Part shown: positions 54,703 to 63,236 of the stretch, piece after piece
Position numbering within the stretch: the first letter of the stretch is position 1
How the letters are laid out: the number at the start of each line of letters is the position of its first letter
Virus record (IMG/VR): IMGVR_UViG_3300045988_115074
Span: 64,001 to 128,000 of that record
Origin: a virus
Strand: one strand, 5' to 3'
DNA: 64,000 nucleotides
Program-made: the position numbers and the translations under genes
Notes under the pieces: model-generated
Databases searched by the model: none
What the model was told of the DNA's origin: nothing
What the model saw: the letters and a program-made list of their open reading frames with translations, nothing else

Positions 54703-56235
54703 TTAGCCTACATCGTAGAATGCTAATTCTTCTTCACCATTCTCATTTCGTGTAGCACCAAAACGAGACAGTGAAGTATCACTTCCGTTAATGTCAAATC
54801 TTAAACCACCTACAGGTGCAAATGGTAAGATAAATACTTTATGTTCTTCTGGAGTATCATTTTGACCACGGTGTTTACCACGTGCAAATACTTGATATTT
54901 AGTACCATTGTCTTTTACAATATCTACTGCAATCTCAAGTTCTGGTTCACGATATAAACCACGACAGTCAGCATAATACGAACCATCTGATACTTGTTGT
55001 GCCAACATCTTATTACCTTGACGTTTTAAATCCAGTGCATCACCTGATAACTGGTGAGGTGTCAATAAAGCAATATTGTGTCCTGCACACATAAAGTTTT
55101 TAGTACGTCTAAAGAGTTCTTGTACGTCAGAGTCACCACGAATATTAGGTAAACCATTTTTATTAGCCAGATTCAAATAGTCAATCAGACACATGTGGAT
55201 TTCATATCCCTTAGATTCTAATTCTAGAATCTTATTCTGAATTTCAATATAAGACCATTCAGATGGATTAATACGAATCAGTTTTACATTGTATCCTGTA
55301 GACTGTAGTTTATCTCTTACGTACATTGCAGCTTCGTTTTTATCTAAGTTTTTCTTATCGTCATCTGTTACGACTACATTATCAAAGTTACCTTTTAATA
55401 AAGTGTAGATATTAGATAATACAATTTGCATGTCATCTTCAAAAGAAATCAATACATTCATTGGTTTCTTTTTTGGATTGGTTAATAAGTCTTTAGGATT
55501 ATTAAACATACAAGCTGAAATAAACATAGACAAACACACACCTGTTTTATTGTTGTGTGCCAAACCACCTACTACAGTCAATTGACCTAGACGCAATCCG
55601 CCACGAGTCATTCTATTCATTGCTTGCCAAGGCATACGAATAGTACGAGAACCATCAGATTCTTTCTTAATCAACTCGTATTGTTCTGCGACTTGTTCGA
55701 TGTTATTTAAATCTAATTCAACCACTACACCTGGGATTTCTTCACCAGCGTAGTTTACTAAGTCAATAGCATCTGTTAACTTAGTAGACATATAGCCATC
55801 TAAGTCTTCTACTTTGTCTCGATTGAATTTTAAATCGTAAGTCAATTTCTCTAAAATATCTTGTGCTTTTTTATTTTTTAGATATTTACTCAATTCAAAA
55901 CGATAAGATAATACAGAACGCTGTACTTCTTGAGGTGTTAGTTCAAATGCAATATTGTCTTGGATACTTTCAAACAGTGTTGTGTCTTGTCCACAGATGA
56001 TTTTTAGATGTTGTATTAAATCATTATAAGGAATTGGGTTCTCTCTAGAAACCATGTCTAATACTAAATCTTTTAAGTCATTTAAAGTAAAGTCTGTCCC
56101 ACTGATGTCTCTATTATTAATCTTTAAAGAACTAATAATATCATTAACCAGTTTAGAGGAATCTGATTCTTCTTCTAATTGAGATTCTCTGTATAATAAA
56201 GAAATACATTTTGCTAATAATGCTTTAATGTTCAT
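54703..56235 (-). CDS. DnaB-family (replicative-type) helicase with a degenerate P-loop
   Basis: Walker B-like MCLIDYLNL (DnaB has IDYLQL), LTPHQLS (DnaB has LSQLNR) and a P-loop position reading GGLAHNNKTG. Confidence 0.6.
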   Translation of the reverse strand: MNIKALLAKCISLLYRESQLEEESDSSKLVNDIISSLKINNRDISGTDFTLNDLKDLVLDMVSRENPIPYNDLIQHLKIICGQDTTLFESIQDNIAFELTPQEVQRSVLSYRFELSKYLKNKKAQDILEKLTYDLKFNRDKVEDLDGYMSTKLTDAIDLVNYAGEEIPGVVVELDLNNIEQVAEQYELIKKESDGSRTIRMPWQAMNRMTRGGLRLGQLTVVGGLAHNNKTGVCLSMFISACMFNNPKDLLTNPKKKPMNVLISFEDDMQIVLSNIYTLLKGNFDNVVVTDDDKKNLDKNEAAMYVRDKLQSTGYNVKLIRINPSEWSYIEIQNKILELESKGYEIHMCLIDYLNLANKNGLPNIRGDSDVQELFRRTKNFMCAGHNIALLTPHQLSGDALDLKRQGNKMLAQQVSDGSYYADCRGLYREPELEIAVDIVKDNGTKYQVFARGKHRGQNDTPEEHKVFILPFAPVGGLRFDINGSDTSLSRFGATRNENGEEELAFYDVG

Positions 56236-56406
56236 GTCGGGATTTCTTTCTTTATTTTTATATTGTTAATAAAATAAGTAACGGTTATAACGTATGTTAA
56301 TATGAATTATTCGGTTAGTATATATTAGCCTAATCAGCTATTTTTACATAGATAGTCAGGGCTAAAATCTAAATTGAAATCTATTAACATATAAAGGATA
56401 TCACCC

Positions 56407-57114
56407 ATGATTGAGTTACCTAAGAAAACAGAAGCTGAAAAGGTATTGGATCGTTTTATTGATTCGGAAGAGAATCCAGAGAATAATATTAGATTGGTAT
56501 TTATACCAGAAGAATTATATAGCGACTTAAAAGATAAAGGTATTAGCCCTGTTGACTTACTTTATTATGATAAAGCTGTCGCATCTGTCGGCTCTAACGC
56601 TTTAAAAGAATTAATTGCTCTAAATGCTTTATCTAAATCCTCACCTTTAGATAAAAGTAGAGTATACGAATCTGTAGAGATGTCTGAAAAACTTACCCCT
56701 TTGATGGGTGAGGCATTGGATATTCGCCTACTGTGGCTTGCAAATGCTGCTGATAAAGAAGCATTTTATAGCCAATATTTTCCTCAGGAAAATGGTGAGT
56801 ATACTTTTGAAGAAGAAGTGTTTAATACAACACGTATTCTATCTAAAGTAATTACGGGTATATGTAATAACGTATACCTAAACACTAACGAAAACTGTAT
56901 GTATGAGAGTATTGACGTGTCCCCTAGTGGACGTATTTACTTTATTTCTGTACCTACTTCAACGGTAGAAGGAAGCTACAGTGAACATACATTGAAAACT
57001 TATGTATTAGAGAAAATTCGTGATGTAATGAGAAAGTCGTCTATTTACCACTCAGAACAGACTATATCAGCTACAGCATTGTTCGGTAATTATTTACTAT
57101 TATTAGATAATTAA
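56407..57114 (+). CDS. hypothetical protein (235 aa) upstream of the capsid-like gene
   Basis: ORF with AAAGGA RBS. Confidence 0.8.
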   Translation: MIELPKKTEAEKVLDRFIDSEENPENNIRLVFIPEELYSDLKDKGISPVDLLYYDKAVASVGSNALKELIALNALSKSSPLDKSRVYESVEMSEKLTPLMGEALDIRLLWLANAADKEAFYSQYFPQENGEYTFEEEVFNTTRILSKVITGICNNVYLNTNENCMYESIDVSPSGRIYFISVPTSTVEGSYSEHTLKTYVLEKIRDVMRKSSIYHSEQTISATALFGNYLLLLDN

Positions 57115-57176
57115 TATTATTTTCAAAAGTACTATAAGTTATTCTTGTCTTGATTTAAATTTTAAAGGTATTGAAA

Positions 57177-59462
57177 ATGTCTCAAAAAAATATTTTCGGT
57201 AAAGAGAAAAAATCCTTTACCCCCCGTTCAAATACACAAGTTATTGCTGACATCGTAAAATCACGTGCTCATGATGTTTCTCTGAGCACTGAATCTGCTA
57301 AATTGCTTGGTAAAGCATTCTTGTCTATTGAAAGCTTGAGCACTGTTGAAGCTGAAGACCTGAGCGCTGTTACTAACAGCCAAAAAAATGTAATCGACGG
57401 TATCGTTGCTGACTACGAAGAAAGCACTGGTTCTACTCTGACTGAAGACCAAGTAGACGACCTGTCTGAATCTATCATCATCGCCCAAAACCCAGATGAA
57501 TACTACAACGCTGGTGCACAAACTGAACCAGGTACTGTAGTATCTGCTATTGGTGGTGGCGTTGACGTAGGTGTTGTTGGTCAAGAACTGGCTACTGAAT
57601 CTTTCGAAGTTCACGGTATGATGAATACCCTGGCGATGACTGTTTCTTACAACATCCGTCCTGAAAAACAATCTAAAGCTGTAGAATTGTTCTTCCCTAC
57701 TATCACTTTGGATTCTACTCAAAACAACTATACCATCGACGTACACCTGTCAACTGTATTCAACTCTAAAGAATACGACTTGGGTGGCAAAGGTGATGCA
57801 TACCGCAACCAAAAACACGTAATCAAAGCATTGCGTAAACACGATATCTTGAAATCTAACTTCACTGACATCGTTCCTGTATTCCGTAAAACCATCAGCG
57901 AAGATTCTTTCGTAGACAGCACTCTGTTGCCTCCTTACGTTGTTCGTACTGACTTCGATGAAGACGTACAAACTTCCTTGCTGAAAATCGGTAAAGAAAT
58001 TAAACTGACTCACATTTCTCAAACTGACCGTATGGTTACTTTGGGTATGTCTGATGATACTGACCAAATTTCTGCTAACCCACGTTTGAAAACTCTGGGT
58101 CTGAAAGTTGGTAATGATGTAGTATTGTTCAAAAACTTGCAATACCATCAACAAGCTACCTTCACTTACTCTCCTAATGGCGACCGTGAAGGCATCCAAT
58201 TGATGTACGATGTAAACACTCACTTGGTAAATGCTGATACTATCGGTGAAATCTCTCAAGCTCTGCCTACTGAATTGAAAGCACTGAAAGACAAAAAACT
58301 GGAAGCTCTGTTGCGCTTTGACATCTCTGGTCGTGGTAACACTGACTTGGGTACTGTTACTCTGAATGCAGCTGCTGTACAAGTACGCGCTGTACGCAAT
58401 GCAGAAACCAAAGAAGTATTGTCTATGGAAAACGCAGACGTTAAAGCTCTGGTTGCTGAATTGGAAAAAACCTCTATCGTAGGTTACGAAGTAGATGCTA
58501 CTCGTACTAACAGCAACTTGCGCGAACATGGTCTGCTGTTGGATGACCGCGTACAACGCATCATCTACGGTGTTAAACTGCACTCTCCAATCGCTATTCG
58601 TCGTCCTATCGATGACAAAGACACCGTATCTGATTCTCAACGTATCGACAGCTTGATTCGCTTGTCTTTCATCCGTCGTACTAACGCTGGTGTATCTGCC
58701 ATTTACGATATCCTGAACATGTTGAAATCACAACCTCAACAACTGGATACTGCTGAACCATTTAACTACACTTCTGTTGGTGTGGGTCAATGGTTTGCTC
58801 GTACTTACGTTAAAGATGTAGAATTGGATGTTTACAAAACTTGTCAATCTCTGACTACTTCTGACCGTCTGAACAACGTGTCTTCTGTAATGACTAACTA
58901 CATCTTGGGTGAAATGACTCAAGCTTACTGTTCTTCTGAACTGGCTGCTGGTTACGAATTGACTGACATCGGTGGTAGCTCTTTCCGTCCACACGTGATT
59001 GCTATTGCTGACGCGTTCACTAGCAAATTCATCTTCCGCGAAGGTGATGCTCGTACTCTGGGTGATGGCTTTGACTTCACTATCGAAGAATGTTCTGACG
59101 AACGTTTGGTATTGGATGAAAATGGTCAAGCTAAAGATGGTGAAATTGGTACTATCTTCTTGTCATTCGGTAAACCACGCAATGGTAGCCTGAGCGTACC
59201 TCTGTGGTTCGGTAACACTCTCGATAAACGTGAAATCCCACGTATCGTTAGCCGTGCCCGTGGTAGCAAATACCAACACGAAACTATGGTTCAACCATGG
59301 TTCAGCCACATCTGTCACTTGCCAGTATTGGTACGCATTAAAGTAACTGGTCTGAAACGTTCTATCCAAGAACGCTTGAACTTCCAAGTTACTAATGAAG
59401 TAGCTCAACCTGCTGCTGCTGGTGCTGCCGCTGGTACTCCAGGTGCTGGTGTTGCACCATAA
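57177..59462 (+). CDS. major virion protein, probably the major capsid protein (761 aa)
   Basis: Strongest codon bias in the window (antisense strand stop-free for up to 296 codons). Size class of phiKZ-type capsid proteins. N-terminal region has STE-SA (aa 39-43) and ATE-SF (aa 141-145, listed numbering). 17-bp-stem terminator. ATG at 57177 preferred over the listed TTG at 57171. Confidence 0.55.
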   Translation: MSQKNIFGKEKKSFTPRSNTQVIADIVKSRAHDVSLSTESAKLLGKAFLSIESLSTVEAEDLSAVTNSQKNVIDGIVADYEESTGSTLTEDQVDDLSESIIIAQNPDEYYNAGAQTEPGTVVSAIGGGVDVGVVGQELATESFEVHGMMNTLAMTVSYNIRPEKQSKAVELFFPTITLDSTQNNYTIDVHLSTVFNSKEYDLGGKGDAYRNQKHVIKALRKHDILKSNFTDIVPVFRKTISEDSFVDSTLLPPYVVRTDFDEDVQTSLLKIGKEIKLTHISQTDRMVTLGMSDDTDQISANPRLKTLGLKVGNDVVLFKNLQYHQQATFTYSPNGDREGIQLMYDVNTHLVNADTIGEISQALPTELKALKDKKLEALLRFDISGRGNTDLGTVTLNAAAVQVRAVRNAETKEVLSMENADVKALVAELEKTSIVGYEVDATRTNSNLREHGLLLDDRVQRIIYGVKLHSPIAIRRPIDDKDTVSDSQRIDSLIRLSFIRRTNAGVSAIYDILNMLKSQPQQLDTAEPFNYTSVGVGQWFARTYVKDVELDVYKTCQSLTTSDRLNNVSSVMTNYILGEMTQAYCSSELAAGYELTDIGGSSFRPHVIAIADAFTSKFIFREGDARTLGDGFDFTIEECSDERLVLDENGQAKDGEIGTIFLSFGKPRNGSLSVPLWFGNTLDKREIPRIVSRARGSKYQHETMVQPWFSHICHLPVLVRIKVTGLKRSIQERLNFQVTNEVAQPAAAGAAAGTPGAGVAP

Positions 59463-59503
59463 CCAGTTCACAACTGATTAATTGAAATAATTAATTAAAG
59501 ATA

Positions 59504-59543
59504 CCTACTGCTCCTCTACCCATGTAGGTAGAGGAGCAGTAGG
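59504..59543 (+). terminator. terminator after the capsid-like gene
   Basis: 17-bp stem cctactgctcctctacc / ggtagaggagcagtagg. Confidence 0.75.
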
Positions 59544-59567
59544 CTTATCTACGTCTTATTGTATTTT

Positions 59568-59601
59568 TTCTAAAACATATAATATTAAATTGGTACCCAA
59601 T
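59568..59601 (+). promoter_or_regulatory. consensus promoter core plus short hairpin (P14)
   Basis: ttctaaaacatataatattaaattg, then attgg-tac-ccaat. Confidence 0.5.
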
Positions 59602-59634
59602 ATTATATTGTTTCATTTTAAGGAGGAAACAAGT

Positions 59635-61380
59635 ATGTCTTACAATGGAAATCAAGGTAATTCTATTTTCAATGTACGAAATAGAAGTAACCGTAGATTC
59701 AAAGAAACACATTTACCACCTGACTTCTTCAATGAGAATAATGAAAATACAGTTAATGCTGAACATTCTGATTTAATTAATAACAAACCACATTCTGTTA
59801 TTATTAAAGATAGTAGTATGTTTGGTGCTAAAAGTGGTAAATCAATTGAACACCCATCTACATTATTCTCAACAACTGAAATCATTAACATGTCTAATAC
59901 TGATATCAATATCAGTAATCGATTTGGATATGTATATCGATTAAAACCAGGTACAGAAAACTCATCTCTAAGAAGATTGACTTTGGAAGATAAAGAGTTA
60001 GTTCTGCGGTATGGTTCTGGTTTATACATTATTGTTAGTCATTTATCTAATTTAGAATCAGTAGTACCTACTGTTGGGTTATTAAACTCAATTGAAAATT
60101 CTTATAAAGAATCAGGTAACACCGATGATGCTCTGTTTGGTATTACTGAAAATCGACGTTTATTTGCTAAAGTATTAGAAAATAGAAAAGAGTTAGAAGA
60201 TAAGATAACTGATGTAATTAAAGCTACTAAAGGCCCCTATTCTACAAACCTCTATTTAGCAAATAGTGAATTAGTTACAGTATTCTATTATCCTGAAGAA
60301 ATTATCCGTATGAATAAAATTATCTACGATAAAGAATTGGATATTGTAATTTCGCCTAATGTAGTAAACTATAAACAAATTATCCACCCATCATTCTCTA
60401 TTGAAGATTCTGAATTGCATCAAGCTATTCGGAAAGAATTAACAGAACAAGGTAAATTAGAATCTATTAAATTTATTACTAATAAAGAAAACGGTAAAAT
60501 TTATCGTAAATTAGGTAATAAGATTCAAGTTATTAATGGTGAAAAACCAACTAATGGTGAAGATTCTGGTTTATACATTTATACTTCTTATTTAAACGAT
60601 GAAGATAATATTGAAGTGGTTAATGTATTTATTCCTTACCGTGATAAAGAAACATTGCAGGAACATGGTTACTTCACTACATCGGATGAAGCAAGAACTT
60701 ATAATTCTGAAATTGAAATTCGTAAACTTAAACAACAGGAAGTTATTTTAAATAATCAGTTTAAAGAACAAGAACGTGAACACGAACTTAAAGTACGTAA
60801 ACTGAATGAAGAGATTAATCAAAAAGAAAGAGAGCTTAAAGAACTTAAACTTAAATTAGACCATATTGAAACATTAGGTAATCACGAAAATTATCGTGAA
60901 GAAAGAACATTTAAACGTGAAGAAAGGACTTATCAAGCAGAGAACAGAGAAGTTGAAAGAAAATATAGACTCATTGACCGTAACTTAGACTTGGAGGAAA
61001 AAGTAATCGAAGAGCGTTCTAAACGCGTTAAAGCAGAAGTAGCCGCAGCAAGTGCAGGTAGTGCAGATACATCACGTAACCTTGCATCTACTGCTGGTAT
61101 TATCACAGGTACTGCGGCCATTATCGGAGCAGTAACTAAAGTAGTCTCCGATAGTAAGAAATCAACCGCTGTCGGAACTGTAGCTAAGAAAGGATTTTTA
61201 GCATTATCAGCATCTAGTGCTGCTACAAATGCTGTGGCAGGAGTAGCTGCTAAATCAGCATCGGCTTTTGCCGGTATTAGTTCATTAGGAGCAGCCTTAC
61301 CTGTTATTGGAGCAGCAGCAGCTGCTGTAGGTATTGGTTATCTCATTTTTAAAGGAATTGGAAAATTATTTGACTTCTAA
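59635..61380 (+). CDS. hypothetical protein (581 aa): globular N-domain, charged coiled coil, Ala/Gly-rich hydrophobic C-terminal tail
   Basis: AAGGAGG SD before the ATG at 59635; the listed start at 59590 overlaps the promoter/hairpin. The C-terminus ends AALPVIGAAAAAVGIGYLIF. Confidence 0.8.
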   Translation: MSYNGNQGNSIFNVRNRSNRRFKETHLPPDFFNENNENTVNAEHSDLINNKPHSVIIKDSSMFGAKSGKSIEHPSTLFSTTEIINMSNTDINISNRFGYVYRLKPGTENSSLRRLTLEDKELVLRYGSGLYIIVSHLSNLESVVPTVGLLNSIENSYKESGNTDDALFGITENRRLFAKVLENRKELEDKITDVIKATKGPYSTNLYLANSELVTVFYYPEEIIRMNKIIYDKELDIVISPNVVNYKQIIHPSFSIEDSELHQAIRKELTEQGKLESIKFITNKENGKIYRKLGNKIQVINGEKPTNGEDSGLYIYTSYLNDEDNIEVVNVFIPYRDKETLQEHGYFTTSDEARTYNSEIEIRKLKQQEVILNNQFKEQEREHELKVRKLNEEINQKERELKELKLKLDHIETLGNHENYREERTFKREERTYQAENREVERKYRLIDRNLDLEEKVIEERSKRVKAEVAAASAGSADTSRNLASTAGIITGTAAIIGAVTKVVSDSKKSTAVGTVAKKGFLALSASSAATNAVAGVAAKSASAFAGISSLGAALPVIGAAAAAVGIGYLIFKGIGKLFDF

Positions 61381-61500
61381 ATTAATTTGAGTGAATTATC
61401 TCTTGATTGAGATATCAGGTGTTTTATTATTGTTAAAAGAATATCGCGAGTCTTTTATCATGGTAGAATATACTTTAATACTTATACAAGGAAAACAAAC

Positions 61501-63204
61501 ATGAATCCTTTATTGATACAACGGATTAAGGAAGATACACCACATATTGACGAAAGAATTGGATTAGGATTGTCTTATCACGACAATCCTAACATTCCTC
61601 TTTATGTGGATAGATTGTTTCGTATTAACTCGAAACGATTTCCTAAAAAGTTAAAGTATCTTGGTTGTGAAAAAGTCCCTCCTAAAGAGGGATATCAATA
61701 CATGACCAGAATTAGTAATAACAATACGCGTAAATACGATATCAATAAAAATGATATTCGATTATACGCATTTAACTTTGACTTTGATGGTCAGCCGATT
61801 CGTAAATATATCTATCTTCCATTTATTCGTCGACATGGATTCATGTGGATGAATGGTGTAAAATACATGGTTGCACCTGTAATGGCGGATGGTATTATTA
61901 CAATTAAGCCTACTGAAATCTTTGTTAAACTGATTAAAATTAAGCTGTGGTTTGAGCGCATTCGTAGCGTGAATATCATGGTAGATGGTGTACCTGAATA
62001 TACATCTATCTATCATTCTAAAATCCACAATAAGAAAGATACTGGACGTACAGATAATTTCATTAAAATGAAATGTACATTAGTGCATTATCTGTGCTGT
62101 AAGTTTGGGATGACTAAAACATTGGAAATGTTTGGTTTTAAACCAGGTACTGTTCAGATGTTAAATCGTGATGATTTTGAAAATCCTGACGATACATTAA
62201 AACAATATCCAAAAGAAGATTGGGTAATTGTTGAAAGTAATGGTCGCAAACCACCACACAGCTATCTCTATCCTTATTACGAACCTACAAAGATGTTCTT
62301 TGCAGTACGACGTAAAGAATGGGAAACCATTCGTTCAGCTAAGACTGTTATCGGTACATTGATTTACGTATTAAGTCACTATACTCGTTATAATCGAATG
62401 AATCCAGATATTGTGGATAATACAGAAGCATGGCGTAGCATGATGGGTGAAGCAATTTGTTCTACATCAGACCATGCATCTATTATTCAAGACAATATTG
62501 ATAAACACATGGTTTCATTGGATGGTTATGTAGATGACATGACTATTGATGACTTTGAGAGAATTGGTTTAGGACATATTGATAGCATTTATAAACTGTT
62601 TGTTTATATTGTTGAAAACTTTATTGACTTAACCAGTGAGATTTCACAGATTTCTAAATCTAATACTCTGTATGGTAAGCAATTGCAGATTTGTCAATTC
62701 TTGTTATTCGATTTGACTAAAGCCATTAACAATGCTTACTTTAATCTTAGTACATTGCGATTGGAAGAAGACAGAAATCCTAATGTACCTATTAAGTACG
62801 AAGCTGTACGTAAAGCCATTGAAAGCATTCGTGCTGAAGTGGTTATGCAGATTAAGAACCACACTGAAATTATTGTGGTAGATGACCCAGCTGATTTACC
62901 TATCTTGAAAATGGGGCGTATTGTTATCCCACAAGAGAAGTCTGATAAAGCCAGAACATCTAATACACAATTTAATGTAGAAGACCCATCTGTAGCACTA
63001 CATGAATCTTTATTAGAATGTGGTGCGGCATTTGATATGTCTAAAGCAGACCCATCAGGTCGCAGTAGATTAAACCCATATGTAACCATAACCGATGATT
63101 ACACCATTGTGCCTAATCCCGAACTTGTCGATAAAATCGATGCCGTTAAGAAATTGTTGTACGGTGATGTCGATAATAGACATGAAATTGTAGACACAGA
63201 GTAA
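61501..63204 (+). CDS. hypothetical protein (567 aa); weak candidate for an RNA polymerase beta-like N-terminal fragment
   Basis: Long ORF with AAGGAAAA RBS. Only a weak local resemblance (GFMWMNGVKYMVAPVM versus bacterial beta GxFxINGxERVxVSQ), plus size and a position near the capsid-like gene. Confidence 0.8.
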   Translation: MNPLLIQRIKEDTPHIDERIGLGLSYHDNPNIPLYVDRLFRINSKRFPKKLKYLGCEKVPPKEGYQYMTRISNNNTRKYDINKNDIRLYAFNFDFDGQPIRKYIYLPFIRRHGFMWMNGVKYMVAPVMADGIITIKPTEIFVKLIKIKLWFERIRSVNIMVDGVPEYTSIYHSKIHNKKDTGRTDNFIKMKCTLVHYLCCKFGMTKTLEMFGFKPGTVQMLNRDDFENPDDTLKQYPKEDWVIVESNGRKPPHSYLYPYYEPTKMFFAVRRKEWETIRSAKTVIGTLIYVLSHYTRYNRMNPDIVDNTEAWRSMMGEAICSTSDHASIIQDNIDKHMVSLDGYVDDMTIDDFERIGLGHIDSIYKLFVYIVENFIDLTSEISQISKSNTLYGKQLQICQFLLFDLTKAINNAYFNLSTLRLEEDRNPNVPIKYEAVRKAIESIRAEVVMQIKNHTEIIVVDDPADLPILKMGRIVIPQEKSDKARTSNTQFNVEDPSVALHESLLECGAAFDMSKADPSGRSRLNPYVTITDDYTIVPNPELVDKIDAVKKLLYGDVDNRHEIVDTE

Positions 63205-63236
63205 TTGTTAAAGTATATTTTAAAAAGGAAACTAAC

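Noticed and set aside
56236-56406. AT-rich 171-bp divergent intergenic region next to the helicase as a replication origin
   Set aside because: I saw only short, weak repeats (gttaat x2, aaatcta x2), with no iteron array or clear DUE structure. It is more simply a pair of divergent promoters.
57171-57176. Listed upstream starts that I moved: TTG at 57171, 59590, 21539, 2482 and 53884
   Set aside because: In each case an internal ATG has a properly spaced AAAGGA/AAGGAGG RBS. The listed start lacks one, or it overlaps a promoter/hairpin or a divergent gene.
57115-57176. Consensus early-type promoter upstream of the capsid-like gene (ttttcaaaagtactataagtta)
   Set aside because: It shares only the TTCAAA and TACTATA fragments at the wrong spacing, and there is no leader hairpin. 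It probably belongs to a different (late) promoter class that cannot be defined from one example.
57750-58640. 296-aa minus-strand ORF, plus 57261..57746, 58728..59129 and 59163..59471, inside the capsid-like gene
   Set aside because: These are the same artefact of codon bias in the sense gene. There are no RBSs, and the compositions are implausible.
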